Shown piece after piece: positions 18,867 through 27,248 of a stretch of 64,000 nt of DNA. Origin of the DNA: an uncultured Chloroflexia bacterium (GTDB lineage Bacteria > Chloroflexota > Limnocylindria > Limnocylindrales > CSP1-4); the NCBI GenBank assembly GCA_963713975.1, contig OY970218.1, positions 1,280,001-1,344,000 of the forward strand, in the 5' to 3' direction. Under the pieces are notes generated by a model, which ran no database searches, was not told the origin of the DNA, and saw only the letters and a list, made by a program, of their open reading frames with translations. Numbering within the stretch: the stretch's first letter is position 1; each line of letters opens with the position of its first letter. A program made the position numbers and the translations under genes.

Positions 18867-20396
18867 ATGGGTGAATTGATGAACGCGTACCTCTCGATCG
18901 ACGTCGGCACCTCGTCGACCAAGGTGTCCGCCTACGACGCGCAGGGCGCACTGCTTGTCGCCCACAGCGCTGGCTACGCGATCGAGGTACCGCAGGCGGG
19001 CTGGGCCGAGCAGGATCCCGACGAGTGGTGGCGGGCCGTGTGCAGCCTGACGCCGGAGGTCATGGCCGCGTTGGGAGCGCATCACGTGGCCACGATCTCG
19101 GTGAGCGGGCAAGCTCCCCTCTGCGTGCCCGTCGATGCCGACGGGAATCCGCTGCGCAAGGCCATCCTGTGGCTCGACCGGCGTGCGACGCCGCAGGTCG
19201 ACTGGCTGGTCGAGCACGTGGGTGAGGAGCGCTGCCTGCGGGTCGGGGCCAACCGCCTCGACAGCTACTTCGGCGGCATCAAATGGCTTTGGTATCGCCA
19301 GGTGGAGCCCGACCTCTTCGCCCGGACCTGGAAGATCATGCAGGCCAACGGGTTCGTTAGCTGGAAGCTGACGGGCGCCTCGGCGATCGATCCGACGCAG
19401 GCCGGCCTGTGCTCGCCGTGCTTCGACATCACCACCGGGCAGTGGGATGCGGCCATCTGCGAGGCCATGGGCCTGCCGATCGGGATGCTCCCGGAGATCA
19501 AGCCCTCGCAGGCGGTGATCGGGACCGTCCACGCCGACGCCGCCCGGGAGAGCGGGCTCCCCGTCGGGACGCCCGTGGTTTGCGGCGCCGGTGACTACGC
19601 CTGTGCCTGTCTCGGGGCCGGCGTCACCGGTCGCGGCACTGGTGCGCTGATGCTCGGCACGGCCGGCAACCTGCTCACGCCCGGGGCCGCCAACCCGGAT
19701 CCGCGCCTGCTGCACACCCACGACGTCGAGGGCAAGCCGCTGACGTTCGGGGGCGTCATGGCCGGAGGCAACCTCACCTGGTTCGCGGGGCTCTTCGAGG
19801 ACCTGTCGGGGCGCACGCCGTCTGACTTCTTCGAGGGTGCCGACCAGGAGGCCTCCCGCATTCCCGCGGGCAGCGAGGGCCTGCTCTACCTGCCCTACCT
19901 CATGGGGGAGCGGACCCCGATCTGGGACCCTGAGGCGCGTGGCGCCTTTGTGGGGCTGACAAGCCGCCACACTCGCGCCCACCTCTACCGTGCCGTGCTT
20001 GAGGGTGTCGCCTTCGCCTTCCGGCAGATCGTCGAGATCTCGGGGAGCGCGGGCCTCGAGTCGATCGTTGCCATTGACGGCGGCGCGCGGAGCATGTTGT
20101 GGCGCTCGATCTTCGCCTCGGTGCTGGGGCTCCCGATCCGATCAGGTGGCGTGGGTGCCGGAACCGGGCTCGGATCCGCCTTCCTTGCCGCGCTCGGGGC
20201 TGGCGAGTTCGCCGAGTTCGAAAGCATCTCGCGCTGGGTCCAAGCGGGCGACGAGATCCTGCCGGATCCCGCGGACCGTCGCCGCTACGACGAGCTGTAC
20301 CCGGTCTATGCCGGGCTGTACGAGAAGCTCCAGCCCGACTTCCGGGCCCTGGGGGATAGGGCGTCGTCGGTTGGACAGTGCTGCTCGGGGCGCTGA
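18867..20396 (+). CDS. FGGY family carbohydrate kinase (xylulokinase-like)
   Basis: IDVGTSSTK, EQDP, ILWLDRR, LPYLMGERTP, RAVLEGVAF. Confidence 0.88.
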   Translation: MGELMNAYLSIDVGTSSTKVSAYDAQGALLVAHSAGYAIEVPQAGWAEQDPDEWWRAVCSLTPEVMAALGAHHVATISVSGQAPLCVPVDADGNPLRKAILWLDRRATPQVDWLVEHVGEERCLRVGANRLDSYFGGIKWLWYRQVEPDLFARTWKIMQANGFVSWKLTGASAIDPTQAGLCSPCFDITTGQWDAAICEAMGLPIGMLPEIKPSQAVIGTVHADAARESGLPVGTPVVCGAGDYACACLGAGVTGRGTGALMLGTAGNLLTPGAANPDPRLLHTHDVEGKPLTFGGVMAGGNLTWFAGLFEDLSGRTPSDFFEGADQEASRIPAGSEGLLYLPYLMGERTPIWDPEARGAFVGLTSRHTRAHLYRAVLEGVAFAFRQIVEISGSAGLESIVAIDGGARSMLWRSIFASVLGLPIRSGGVGAGTGLGSAFLAALGAGEFAEFESISRWVQAGDEILPDPADRRRYDELYPVYAGLYEKLQPDFRALGDRASSVGQCCSGR

Positions 20397-20575
20397 TCTC
20401 CAACCACGACGCCACTCGCCAAGCGTCCGCCCGCTGGCTTCGTCGAGCCTGATTTCCGGCTGCCCACCAGGTGCCGGTCAGGCAGTCGCGCCGTCGATCC
20501 ACCGCTCCGCCCCCGTCAGCGCGATCTCCAGCGGCAGTCGGACCGGGACATAAAGGTCGGTCGTGGAGGTTTGTC

Positions 20576-20592
20576 TCCTCTCGCCCCGACCA
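20576..20592 (+). mobile_element. att scar = tRNA-Pro 3' end (copy 1), right boundary of the catabolic island
   Basis: TCCTCTCGCCCCGACCA = T-arm 3' strand, acceptor CGCCCCG, then A-CCA; flanked by inverted repeat AAGGTCGGTC (20553-62) / GATCGACCTT (20593-602). Confidence 0.7.
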
Positions 20593-20885
20593 GATCGACC
20601 TTCGTTCGTGCTCAGAAATGCCCGTTTCGAGGCACGTGCCGGCCGGGCTCGGGGATTTGCCCCAACCAGCTTGACGCTCGAGCCGCAGGACGCCAGAGCC
20701 GAACGAGGCGTCCGCCCCGCGCCTTCGCGTGAGCCGTCAGTGTGGACGTGTAGTCAATCACCCCCAGGACGTCGATCCGCTCGAACAGGTGTGGGGTCAG
20801 GAACCTCGATTCGCGCTCGGATCGACATCGCGCAAACGATCGGCCGCCCGTTGCCCTGCCTGGTCGGCTGCTCTATGCTTGACTC

Positions 20886-21134
20886 ATGGCAGCAAGAGTC
20901 AAGCATCGTCGACGCGGCTATACCCGGGTCAGCGCGAAACACCAGGTGACGCTCCCGATGGAGGCCCTGGAGCGTGCCGGCATCCGGACCGGCGACACCC
21001 TGCGGGCCGAGGTCCGCGGCCCGGGCGAGGTCCTCCTGGTCCGCGAGGTGGATCCCGTGACCCAGTTCGCCGGTGCCCTCACCGGGGTCTACCTGCCTGG
21101 CGGGCTCGACAACCTGCGCGACGAATGGGACTGA
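20886..21134 (+). CDS. vapB: AbrB/MazE/SpoVT-type antitoxin (VapB)
   Basis: TRVSAKHQVTLP...GIRTGD swapped-hairpin pattern; overlaps the PIN gene. Confidence 0.85.
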   Translation: MAARVKHRRRGYTRVSAKHQVTLPMEALERAGIRTGDTLRAEVRGPGEVLLVREVDPVTQFAGALTGVYLPGGLDNLRDEWD

Positions 21135-21538
21135 CCGTCCTCGACGCGGGCGTCGTGATCGCGGTTCTCGACGCCGGCGATGTGCACCACGCGGTCGCCG
21201 CGATTGCGCTGACGGAAGCGCGCGATCGGGGCGACGAACTCGTCATCCCGGTGTCTGCCTACGCCGAGTGCCTCGTCTCCCCGAGCCGGGTTGGGCAAGC
21301 GGCCATCGCCACGGTGGACCGGTTCCTCGACGGCCTTCCCGCGCGCGTCGAGCCTGCAACCCGCGTCATCGGCGCCGCCGCCGCCTCCCTTCGGGGTGCG
21401 CACGGACCTTCGTTGCGCCTGCCGGACGCCCTGGTCGTCGCCACTGCCATCGTGCTCGACGCGGATCGAATCATCACGACGGACGCCCGCTGGCCGGCAC
21501 TCGCCGTCAGGGTCGAATTGCTCAGGAAGGACACCTAG
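21125..21538 (+). CDS. vapC: PIN-domain toxin VapC
   Basis: VLDAGVVIA, YAECL, LPDALVVATA, ITTD. Confidence 0.88.
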   Translation: MGLTVLDAGVVIAVLDAGDVHHAVAAIALTEARDRGDELVIPVSAYAECLVSPSRVGQAAIATVDRFLDGLPARVEPATRVIGAAAASLRGAHGPSLRLPDALVVATAIVLDADRIITTDARWPALAVRVELLRKDT

Positions 21539-21656
21539 AGCCCGGGCATCGATGAGGTCGGTGCTGCAGGGACGATTGGTCTTCTCGTCCGAACGGGCGG
21601 GATCTCACCAGGCGTCAGGAGCGCCGGGGTTCCATGATCGAAATCGTCGTCGCGAC

Positions 21657-21673
21657 TCCTCTCGCCCCGCCCA
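21657..21673 (+). mobile_element. att scar = tRNA-Pro 3' end (copy 2)
   Basis: TCCTCTCGCCCCGCCCA, 16/17 identical to 20576-20592. Confidence 0.6.
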
Positions 21674-21847
21674 ATGCACCTCCTCGTCCCTGCGGGTTGT
21701 AGACGCCCGTACACGCTCTGCAACACGCCAAGGAGCCCAGGACACCGGGCCCTCCTCCACTCTGCCTCGAGGATGCCGGCAACACCGACGTCCCAGCTGT
21801 ACACGAACCAGTACACATAGGCATGGACCCAGGAGAGTCCGGCAAGC

Positions 21848-23068
21848 ATGCTGTTGAGGCATGGCCAAGCGCTGGCCGTCTCCGGTGCCCGGCACGTGAG
21901 CTTGTTACAGGACTTGAAACAATTGTCACAAACGCGATCGACGAACCCATTCCGACCCGGCAGCGGGATCCTCCCGCCGCTCCTGGCCGGGCGCGACCGC
22001 GAGACGGCCATCCTCGACGCGCGCGTCGCGCGGACCCGCCAGGGTCAGCCGCAACACACCGCGCTGCTCGGCGAATGGGCGATCGGCAAGACGACGTTGC
22101 TGATGCACTGGCGTCGACTTCGGCAACAGGCCGGCGACGTCGTCGTCCTCTCGATGGCCTACCCGCAGCCCGCCGAGGACTTCCTCGCCGGCCTGGTCAC
22201 GACGATCGAAGCTGAGCTGTCGACGGATTGGGGTCGGCGCGTGGAGGTGGAGATCGGGCTCGACATCGGTATCGCCGATGCTCGTGTCCGGCGGCCGTCA
22301 CGTGATCCGGAGCGCGACCTTCGCGCGGCCCTCCGACGCCTCGTCGAGCGTCGGGCAGGCGAGGAGCGGTCTGTCGTCGTCCTCCTCGACGATGTCGACC
22401 TGCTTCCCGACACCGGGGATGCGCTCCTGCGCCTGCGAGCATGTGCCCTCGAGCTGTACGCCGCCGACCTGCCTCTGGCATTCGTCATCGCCGCGTCGCC
22501 AGGTCTGTTCACGGAGGTTCGATCGGCTCATGAGCCGCTGGTTCGGTTCTTCGAGCCGCTGTCCGTCGGTCCGCTCGACGACACGGACACAGCTCGAGCC
22601 CTGACCGAGCCCCTCGGTGAGACGACCGTCCGTTTCGACGCTGATGTGGTCGCCGAGATCGTGGACCTTGCCGGCGGCCGACCGTACTACGTGCAGAAGC
22701 TCGGCTACTACGCGTTCGACGCCGCGGCCAATGGTCGGGTCACACGGGCAGAGTTCGCGGTCGCCTTCGAGCGCGCGTTCGCTTCGGTGAGCCAGGAGAT
22801 CTTCGCTGGGCGCTGGGCGAGGATGTCGCCGATCGACCGCCAGGTCGTGGCCGTCGTCGCCCGAAGCACCGAGCCGCGCTCCTCGGGCGACATCGAAGCC
22901 GAGGCGGCACGACGCGGAGTGAGGCCGGGAGCGGCCCGACAATCGCTGCGGCGTCTTGCCTCGAAGGGCCAGATCGACCGGCTCACCAACGGGCATCGAG
23001 GTCGTTACGCGGTTCGGGATCGGCTCTTCCGGCGGTACCTGGAACTGCAGGCTGGGACGACGTCTTGA
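21848..23068 (+). CDS. AAA-family P-loop ATPase with probable C-terminal winged helix (start may be GTG 21896)
   Basis: NPFRPGSG..PPLLAGRDRE, Walker A GEWAIGKTT, Walker B VLLDD, GGRPYYVQ. Confidence 0.8.
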   Translation: MLLRHGQALAVSGARHVSLLQDLKQLSQTRSTNPFRPGSGILPPLLAGRDRETAILDARVARTRQGQPQHTALLGEWAIGKTTLLMHWRRLRQQAGDVVVLSMAYPQPAEDFLAGLVTTIEAELSTDWGRRVEVEIGLDIGIADARVRRPSRDPERDLRAALRRLVERRAGEERSVVVLLDDVDLLPDTGDALLRLRACALELYAADLPLAFVIAASPGLFTEVRSAHEPLVRFFEPLSVGPLDDTDTARALTEPLGETTVRFDADVVAEIVDLAGGRPYYVQKLGYYAFDAAANGRVTRAEFAVAFERAFASVSQEIFAGRWARMSPIDRQVVAVVARSTEPRSSGDIEAEAARRGVRPGAARQSLRRLASKGQIDRLTNGHRGRYAVRDRLFRRYLELQAGTTS

Positions 23069-23430
23069 CCACGAGCCAGCGCGTGGCCAACCGTCGCGCT
23101 CGCCCCGTGCCGCCGGATCAAGCCTCGGATGAGCGCACGTGGTCGAGGTCGCGTCGCCAGATCCGAGTGGTTCCATCGGCTGGGCACGCGGTGGCGAGCG
23201 GACGCAGCCGAGACCCGGTCAGGCGCGGAACCCGGAGCGCTCAGGGCCAACGGCTGCCTCGTGAACAGAACATCGTCGTCCTTGCGCTAGCACGCCTCGT
23301 TCGCGAAGCGATCGAAGCCGACGAGAGCGTCGACATGGGCGAGCCAGGGCCAGGGCGTAGAATCCCGGGTCCGGCCCACGATAACCGGGTCGCGCAGAGG
23401 CTCTTCGATGCGACTGACACGGCCCCGTAG
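23065..23430 (+). CDS. Small hypothetical protein overlapping the recombinase start (possible directionality factor)
   Basis: Overlaps both neighbours; helical core IVVLALARLVREAIEAD; true start uncertain. Confidence 0.3.
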   Translation: MTTSQRVANRRARPVPPDQASDERTWSRSRRQIRVVPSAGHAVASGRSRDPVRRGTRSAQGQRLPREQNIVVLALARLVREAIEADESVDMGEPGPGRRIPGPAHDNRVAQRLFDATDTAP

Positions 23431-24943
23431 GCTCCCTTCCTCCCTGGATGACCTCCGCGGTCTTCGGGCCGCCCGATGGGTGCGCGAGTCGACAGAGGGT
23501 CAGTACGACCGCTACGGGCCGGAATCGCAGCACGAGCAGATGGATCGGTTCGTCGAGCGCTACGGCCTCGTGGACACGAAGATCGCGTACTCGGTCGCGC
23601 AGAGCGGTCGCACCGTCTGGCGTTCCAGCACCATGGCGGACATGCTGGCCGCGGCAACGGCCGGGTCGTTCGACGTCCTCCTGACCGGCTACTTCGATCG
23701 GTGGCAGCGCAACCTGCGACGCACCCTCGAGCTCGTCGAGGACCGCCTCCATCCGTCTGGTGTTGCCTGGGTCATGTGCGATCGACGGCTGATGAGCTCG
23801 GATCCACGAGACTGGGACCAGATGGTGACCGAGGCGCACGAAGCCGAGCGGTACAGCCGGCGCCTCGGGGAGCGGATCACGGACGGGTACGCCGCGAAGT
23901 TCCGGCGTCTCGCCGATCCGGGCGGCCGCGCCCCCCTCGGATTTGTGCGGGTCCCCCCGGCATTCGTGCTGGCCATCGACCCGGACGCCATTGATGCGGC
24001 CGTGCGGATCTTCGAGCGGTATGCAGTCGGCACCCTATCGATCGAGGAGGTTTCCAGCGAGTTTGGCCTGAACGATCGGCGCGTCACCGAGATGCTGAAG
24101 AACCCGATCTACAACGGCTGGGTCGGGCGAAAGGGCGAGCGGACGCCAGCGCCTTGGCGAGCCACGCCACCGGTGTCGGACGAGTTGTGGGAGCGGGTCG
24201 CGACGCTGCGAGCCAGCCGGGCTCGTCACGGCGGCAGTCGTCCCCCGGTCCGGATCGACCTGCTGCGCGGTCTCCTCTACTGCGTCTGCGGTCAGCGGAT
24301 CCGCACCGACGGGACGATGGGGACTCCACCCCGGCAGCGGAAGCTCCATCCCAGGCACGATCAGTGCCCAGAGTGGGGTCCGAAGGCGAGCCACTCGTCC
24401 GGCGTCTATGAGCCGTGGGTCATCGGCCAGGTGACCGGGATCCGGGTCGACGAGTCGACTCTCGAACGAATCGTCCGGGTCCTGTCGACGCCGCAGACGC
24501 GACCCATCGACGTCAACCGGGCCCGTCTCGAACGGATGAAGCGCGACCTCGCGCTTGACCATGCCGCAGGCCGACTCGACGACAAGACCTACCTGGCGCA
24601 GATCGCCGTGCTGCGCGATGAAGCAACGGCGATCGACTCCGGCAAGCGTCAGGGCACGGGCATCGCGCCGGACCAGGTGGTCGCCAGGTTGCGGGCGCTA
24701 CCCGGGACCTGGGCCAGGGCGACTCCGGAGGGCAGGGCCGAGCTGCTGCACTCGATCTATGAACGGATCGTCGTTCGCGGCACGGAGTTCGTCGGCGCTC
24801 GACTCACGCCCGAGGCGTACTCGCTGGGCCTCGCGCTCGCGCTGCCCGAGCGCGTTCAGCCGGCGCAGGAGTGGGTACTGGCGCGCCCGACAGGATTCGA
24901 ACCTGCGACCTTCGGCTCCGGAGGCCGACGCTCTATCCACTGA
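23408..24943 (+). CDS. Large serine recombinase (integrase)
   Basis: WVRESTEGQ catalytic Ser, DRWQRN, recombinase domain LKNPIYNG, Zn ribbon LLRGLLYCVCG, coiled coil; 3' end overlaps tRNA-Arg. Confidence 0.9.
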   Translation: MRLTRPRRLPSSLDDLRGLRAARWVRESTEGQYDRYGPESQHEQMDRFVERYGLVDTKIAYSVAQSGRTVWRSSTMADMLAAATAGSFDVLLTGYFDRWQRNLRRTLELVEDRLHPSGVAWVMCDRRLMSSDPRDWDQMVTEAHEAERYSRRLGERITDGYAAKFRRLADPGGRAPLGFVRVPPAFVLAIDPDAIDAAVRIFERYAVGTLSIEEVSSEFGLNDRRVTEMLKNPIYNGWVGRKGERTPAPWRATPPVSDELWERVATLRASRARHGGSRPPVRIDLLRGLLYCVCGQRIRTDGTMGTPPRQRKLHPRHDQCPEWGPKASHSSGVYEPWVIGQVTGIRVDESTLERIVRVLSTPQTRPIDVNRARLERMKRDLALDHAAGRLDDKTYLAQIAVLRDEATAIDSGKRQGTGIAPDQVVARLRALPGTWARATPEGRAELLHSIYERIVVRGTEFVGARLTPEAYSLGLALALPERVQPAQEWVLARPTGFEPATFGSGGRRSIH

Positions 24944-24954
24944 GCTACAGGCGC
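24879..24954 (-). tRNA. tRNA-Arg(CCG)
   Basis: GCGCCTGTAGCTCAGTGGATAGAGCGTCGGCCTCCGGAGCCGAAGGTCGCAGGTTCGAATCCTGTCGGGCGCGCCA; full cloverleaf, encoded CCA. Confidence 0.97.
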
Positions 24955-25051
24955 GCGTGGCGACGATGATAGCGGTCGGGCGTCGACAGGGCTTCGGCTC
25001 TTGGTTCGAGGGTCGATCCGCCAGGTATCGCCAGCACGGCCTGTCTGGCCA

Positions 25052-25162
25052 CAGCACGCCGCCCTGGCGATCGCGGAGGGATCGACGTGGGTCACCCGTG
25101 ACGCCGACTTCGCCCGATTCGAGGAGCATGGCCTCCGCTGGCAGAACCTGGCACTCGAATAG
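25052..25162 (+). pseudogene. C-terminal remnant of a PIN/VapC toxin
   Basis: QHAALAIAEGSTWVTRDADFARFEEHGLRWQNLALE* matches the VapC C-terminal pattern; no N-terminal PIN motif in frame. Confidence 0.6.
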
Positions 25163-25247
25163 ATCGGCCCGATCGGCGCTGCGCCGAACCGGGAGCGAAC
25201 AACCCGCCCCGGTTGACCATGCGACACACATGCGACATGCTTCGCAC

Positions 25248-25484
25248 ATGTCGATGATCCAGGTACGGAACGTACCCGAGCGCCTGCACCGAGAGTTGGC
25301 AAAGCGAGCCAGGCGACGGGGCGTGACGCTGACGAGGTACATCCAGGACATCCTTGAGCGGGAGGTGGCGAGGCCGCCGGCTGACGAGGTGTTCGATCGC
25401 ATCGAGGCGAGCGGCCGCGTCACGCTGGGTCGACCGGCCGCCGATCTCGTCCGTGAGGAGCGCGCCGGCAGGGAGAGTCCCTGA
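25248..25484 (+). CDS. vapB: Ribbon-helix-helix antitoxin (FitA-like VapB)
   Basis: MSMIQVRNVPERLHRELAKRARRRGVTL; CATGCGAC direct repeats upstream (25218-25240). Confidence 0.85.
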   Translation: MSMIQVRNVPERLHRELAKRARRRGVTLTRYIQDILEREVARPPADEVFDRIEASGRVTLGRPAADLVREERAGRESP

Positions 25485-25489
25485 GGACC

Positions 25490-25882
25490 GTGGTCGCCGA
25501 TGCGTCGGCGCTGCTCGAGTACCTGCTGCAGACCGATCGATCGGCCCCCATCCGCGATGTCCTACGGCAGGCCGACCTGGATCTCAGGGTGCCCGCGTTG
25601 TGCGACATCGAGGTGACGGCAGGTCTCCGGCGGGCATTGCTCGGCGACCTCCTTCCGCACGAACGAGCCGCCCGGGCTCTCGAGCACTACCTGCTCATGC
25701 CGATCACCAGGCATGGTCACCAGGCGCTGCTGTCGCGCGTGCTGGCCCTTCGCTCGAACTTCAGCGCCTATGACGCCTGCTACGTCGCGCTCGCCGAGGC
25801 CCTGGGCGCCGATCTTCTGACGGCAGACGAGCGGCTATCCCGGGCGGTCCGAACCCACACCGCCGTCAACGTGCTGCCCTGA
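25490..25882 (+). CDS. vapC: PIN-domain toxin VapC
   Basis: VADASALLE, SAYDACYVALAEAL, LLTADERL. Confidence 0.9.
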   Translation: MVADASALLEYLLQTDRSAPIRDVLRQADLDLRVPALCDIEVTAGLRRALLGDLLPHERAARALEHYLLMPITRHGHQALLSRVLALRSNFSAYDACYVALAEALGADLLTADERLSRAVRTHTAVNVLP

Positions 25883-26001
25883 CGGACGGTCGCCAGGCTT
25901 CGTAGCGCTGCGTCAACGTGGCGCTGGAGCCGATCGAGCAAACCATCGACAATCCGACGATACCTCTGGATTCTGCCACTCAGAAGCCATATTGTCTGGG
26001 T

Positions 26002-26436
26002 ATGAAGGATTCGGAGACGCCGCGGGATGCACTCCTCCGGGTGGGTCAGGCGGCCGAGATGCTGCAGGTCTCGGTGGACACGCTCCGCCGTTGGGAGGCC
26101 GAGGGCCGCCTGCGCACGGAGCGGTCGGCCGGTGGCCAGCGGATGGTGCCCGTGGCCGAGGTGACGCGGCTCTTTGCGGAACGGCGCGCCAGCGCTCCCG
26201 ATCGGCCGACGGTTGGCGGCTCCGCCCGCAACCGGCTGCCCGGGATCGTCACCCGGATCGAGAAGGACCGGGTCGCCGCCGTCGTCGAGGTCATGGCCGG
26301 GCCGCACCGCATCGTGAGCCTGATGACCGCAGAGGCCGTCGATGACATGGGCATCCGGGTCGGGGACGAGGCGGTCTGCGTCGTGAAGGCCACCAACGTG
26401 ATCGTGGAGATCCCCGCGCGCAGGGAAGCACGCTGA
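26002..26436 (+). CDS. MerR-like HTH + TOBE molybdate-responsive regulator
   Basis: AAEMLQVSVDTLRRWE, SARNRLPG, VKATNV. Confidence 0.85.
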   Translation: MKDSETPRDALLRVGQAAEMLQVSVDTLRRWEAEGRLRTERSAGGQRMVPVAEVTRLFAERRASAPDRPTVGGSARNRLPGIVTRIEKDRVAAVVEVMAGPHRIVSLMTAEAVDDMGIRVGDEAVCVVKATNVIVEIPARREAR

Positions 26437-26438
26437 CC

Positions 26439-27248
26439 ATGCGCCGACTGTCTCCAGCGCTGCCGATCGTGGCCGCCCTGACCACGGCCGCCCTGCTGGC
26501 GGGCTGCGGAGGGTCCGCTGCGACGCCCAATGCGGACCCGGTCGAGCTGGTGGTGTTCGGGGCGGCATCGCTCAAGGGCGTCCTTGACCAGGCGAAGACG
26601 ACCTACGAGACGGCGCACCCAGACGTCGCCCTCACCATCTCCACGGACTCGTCCGCCGCGCTCGCGACGCAGATCGAGCAGGGTGCGCCCGCGGACGTGT
26701 TCCTGTCCGCGGACGCGAACAACCCGCAGCGGCTGGTGGACGGCGGGTTCGTCGCGGGAGGCCCCGTCGCCTTTGCCGCCAACGAGCTCGCGGTGATCGT
26801 GCCGGCCGACAACCCGGCCGGGCTGGTGTCGCCCGCAGACCTCGCGCGCTCCGGGATCAAGGTCATCGCCGCGGGCGACGCGGTGCCGATCACCCGCTAT
26901 GCCACCCAGTTGGTCGCCAACCTCGCGAGCCAGCCCGGCTACCCGGCGGGCTTCGAGGCCGCCTATGCCGCGAACGTGGTGTCGCGCGAGGACAACGTGA
27001 AGGCGGTCGTCGCCAAGATCGAGCTGGGTGAGGGCGACGCCGGGATCGTGTACGCGACCGACGTGGGTGGGTCGGGGGACGTCGAGTCGTTGGCCGTGCC
27101 CGCCGGTGCCAACGTCGCTGCAACGTACGCCGGCGCCGTGATCGCCGCGTCCCCTCATCGCGAGGCGGCAACGGCGTTCCTCGACTGGCTTGCCGGGCCT
27201 GATGGCGAGGCCATCCTGCGGGCTGCCGGCTTCCAGCCCGCGCCATGA
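26439..27248 (+). CDS. modA: Molybdate ABC transporter substrate-binding lipoprotein
   Basis: LAGC lipobox, GAASL, QIEQGAPADVFLSA, GEGDAGIVYATD. Confidence 0.92.
   Translation: MRRLSPALPIVAALTTAALLAGCGGSAATPNADPVELVVFGAASLKGVLDQAKTTYETAHPDVALTISTDSSAALATQIEQGAPADVFLSADANNPQRLVDGGFVAGGPVAFAANELAVIVPADNPAGLVSPADLARSGIKVIAAGDAVPITRYATQLVANLASQPGYPAGFEAAYAANVVSREDNVKAVVAKIELGEGDAGIVYATDVGGSGDVESLAVPAGANVAATYAGAVIAASPHREAATAFLDWLAGPDGEAILRAAGFQPAP

Noticed and set aside
23097-23112. CTCGCCCCG as a third tRNA-Pro att copy (also TCCTCCGCCTCG near 610)
   Set aside because: Only a 9-bp or gapped match in GC-rich DNA and no CCA; could be chance
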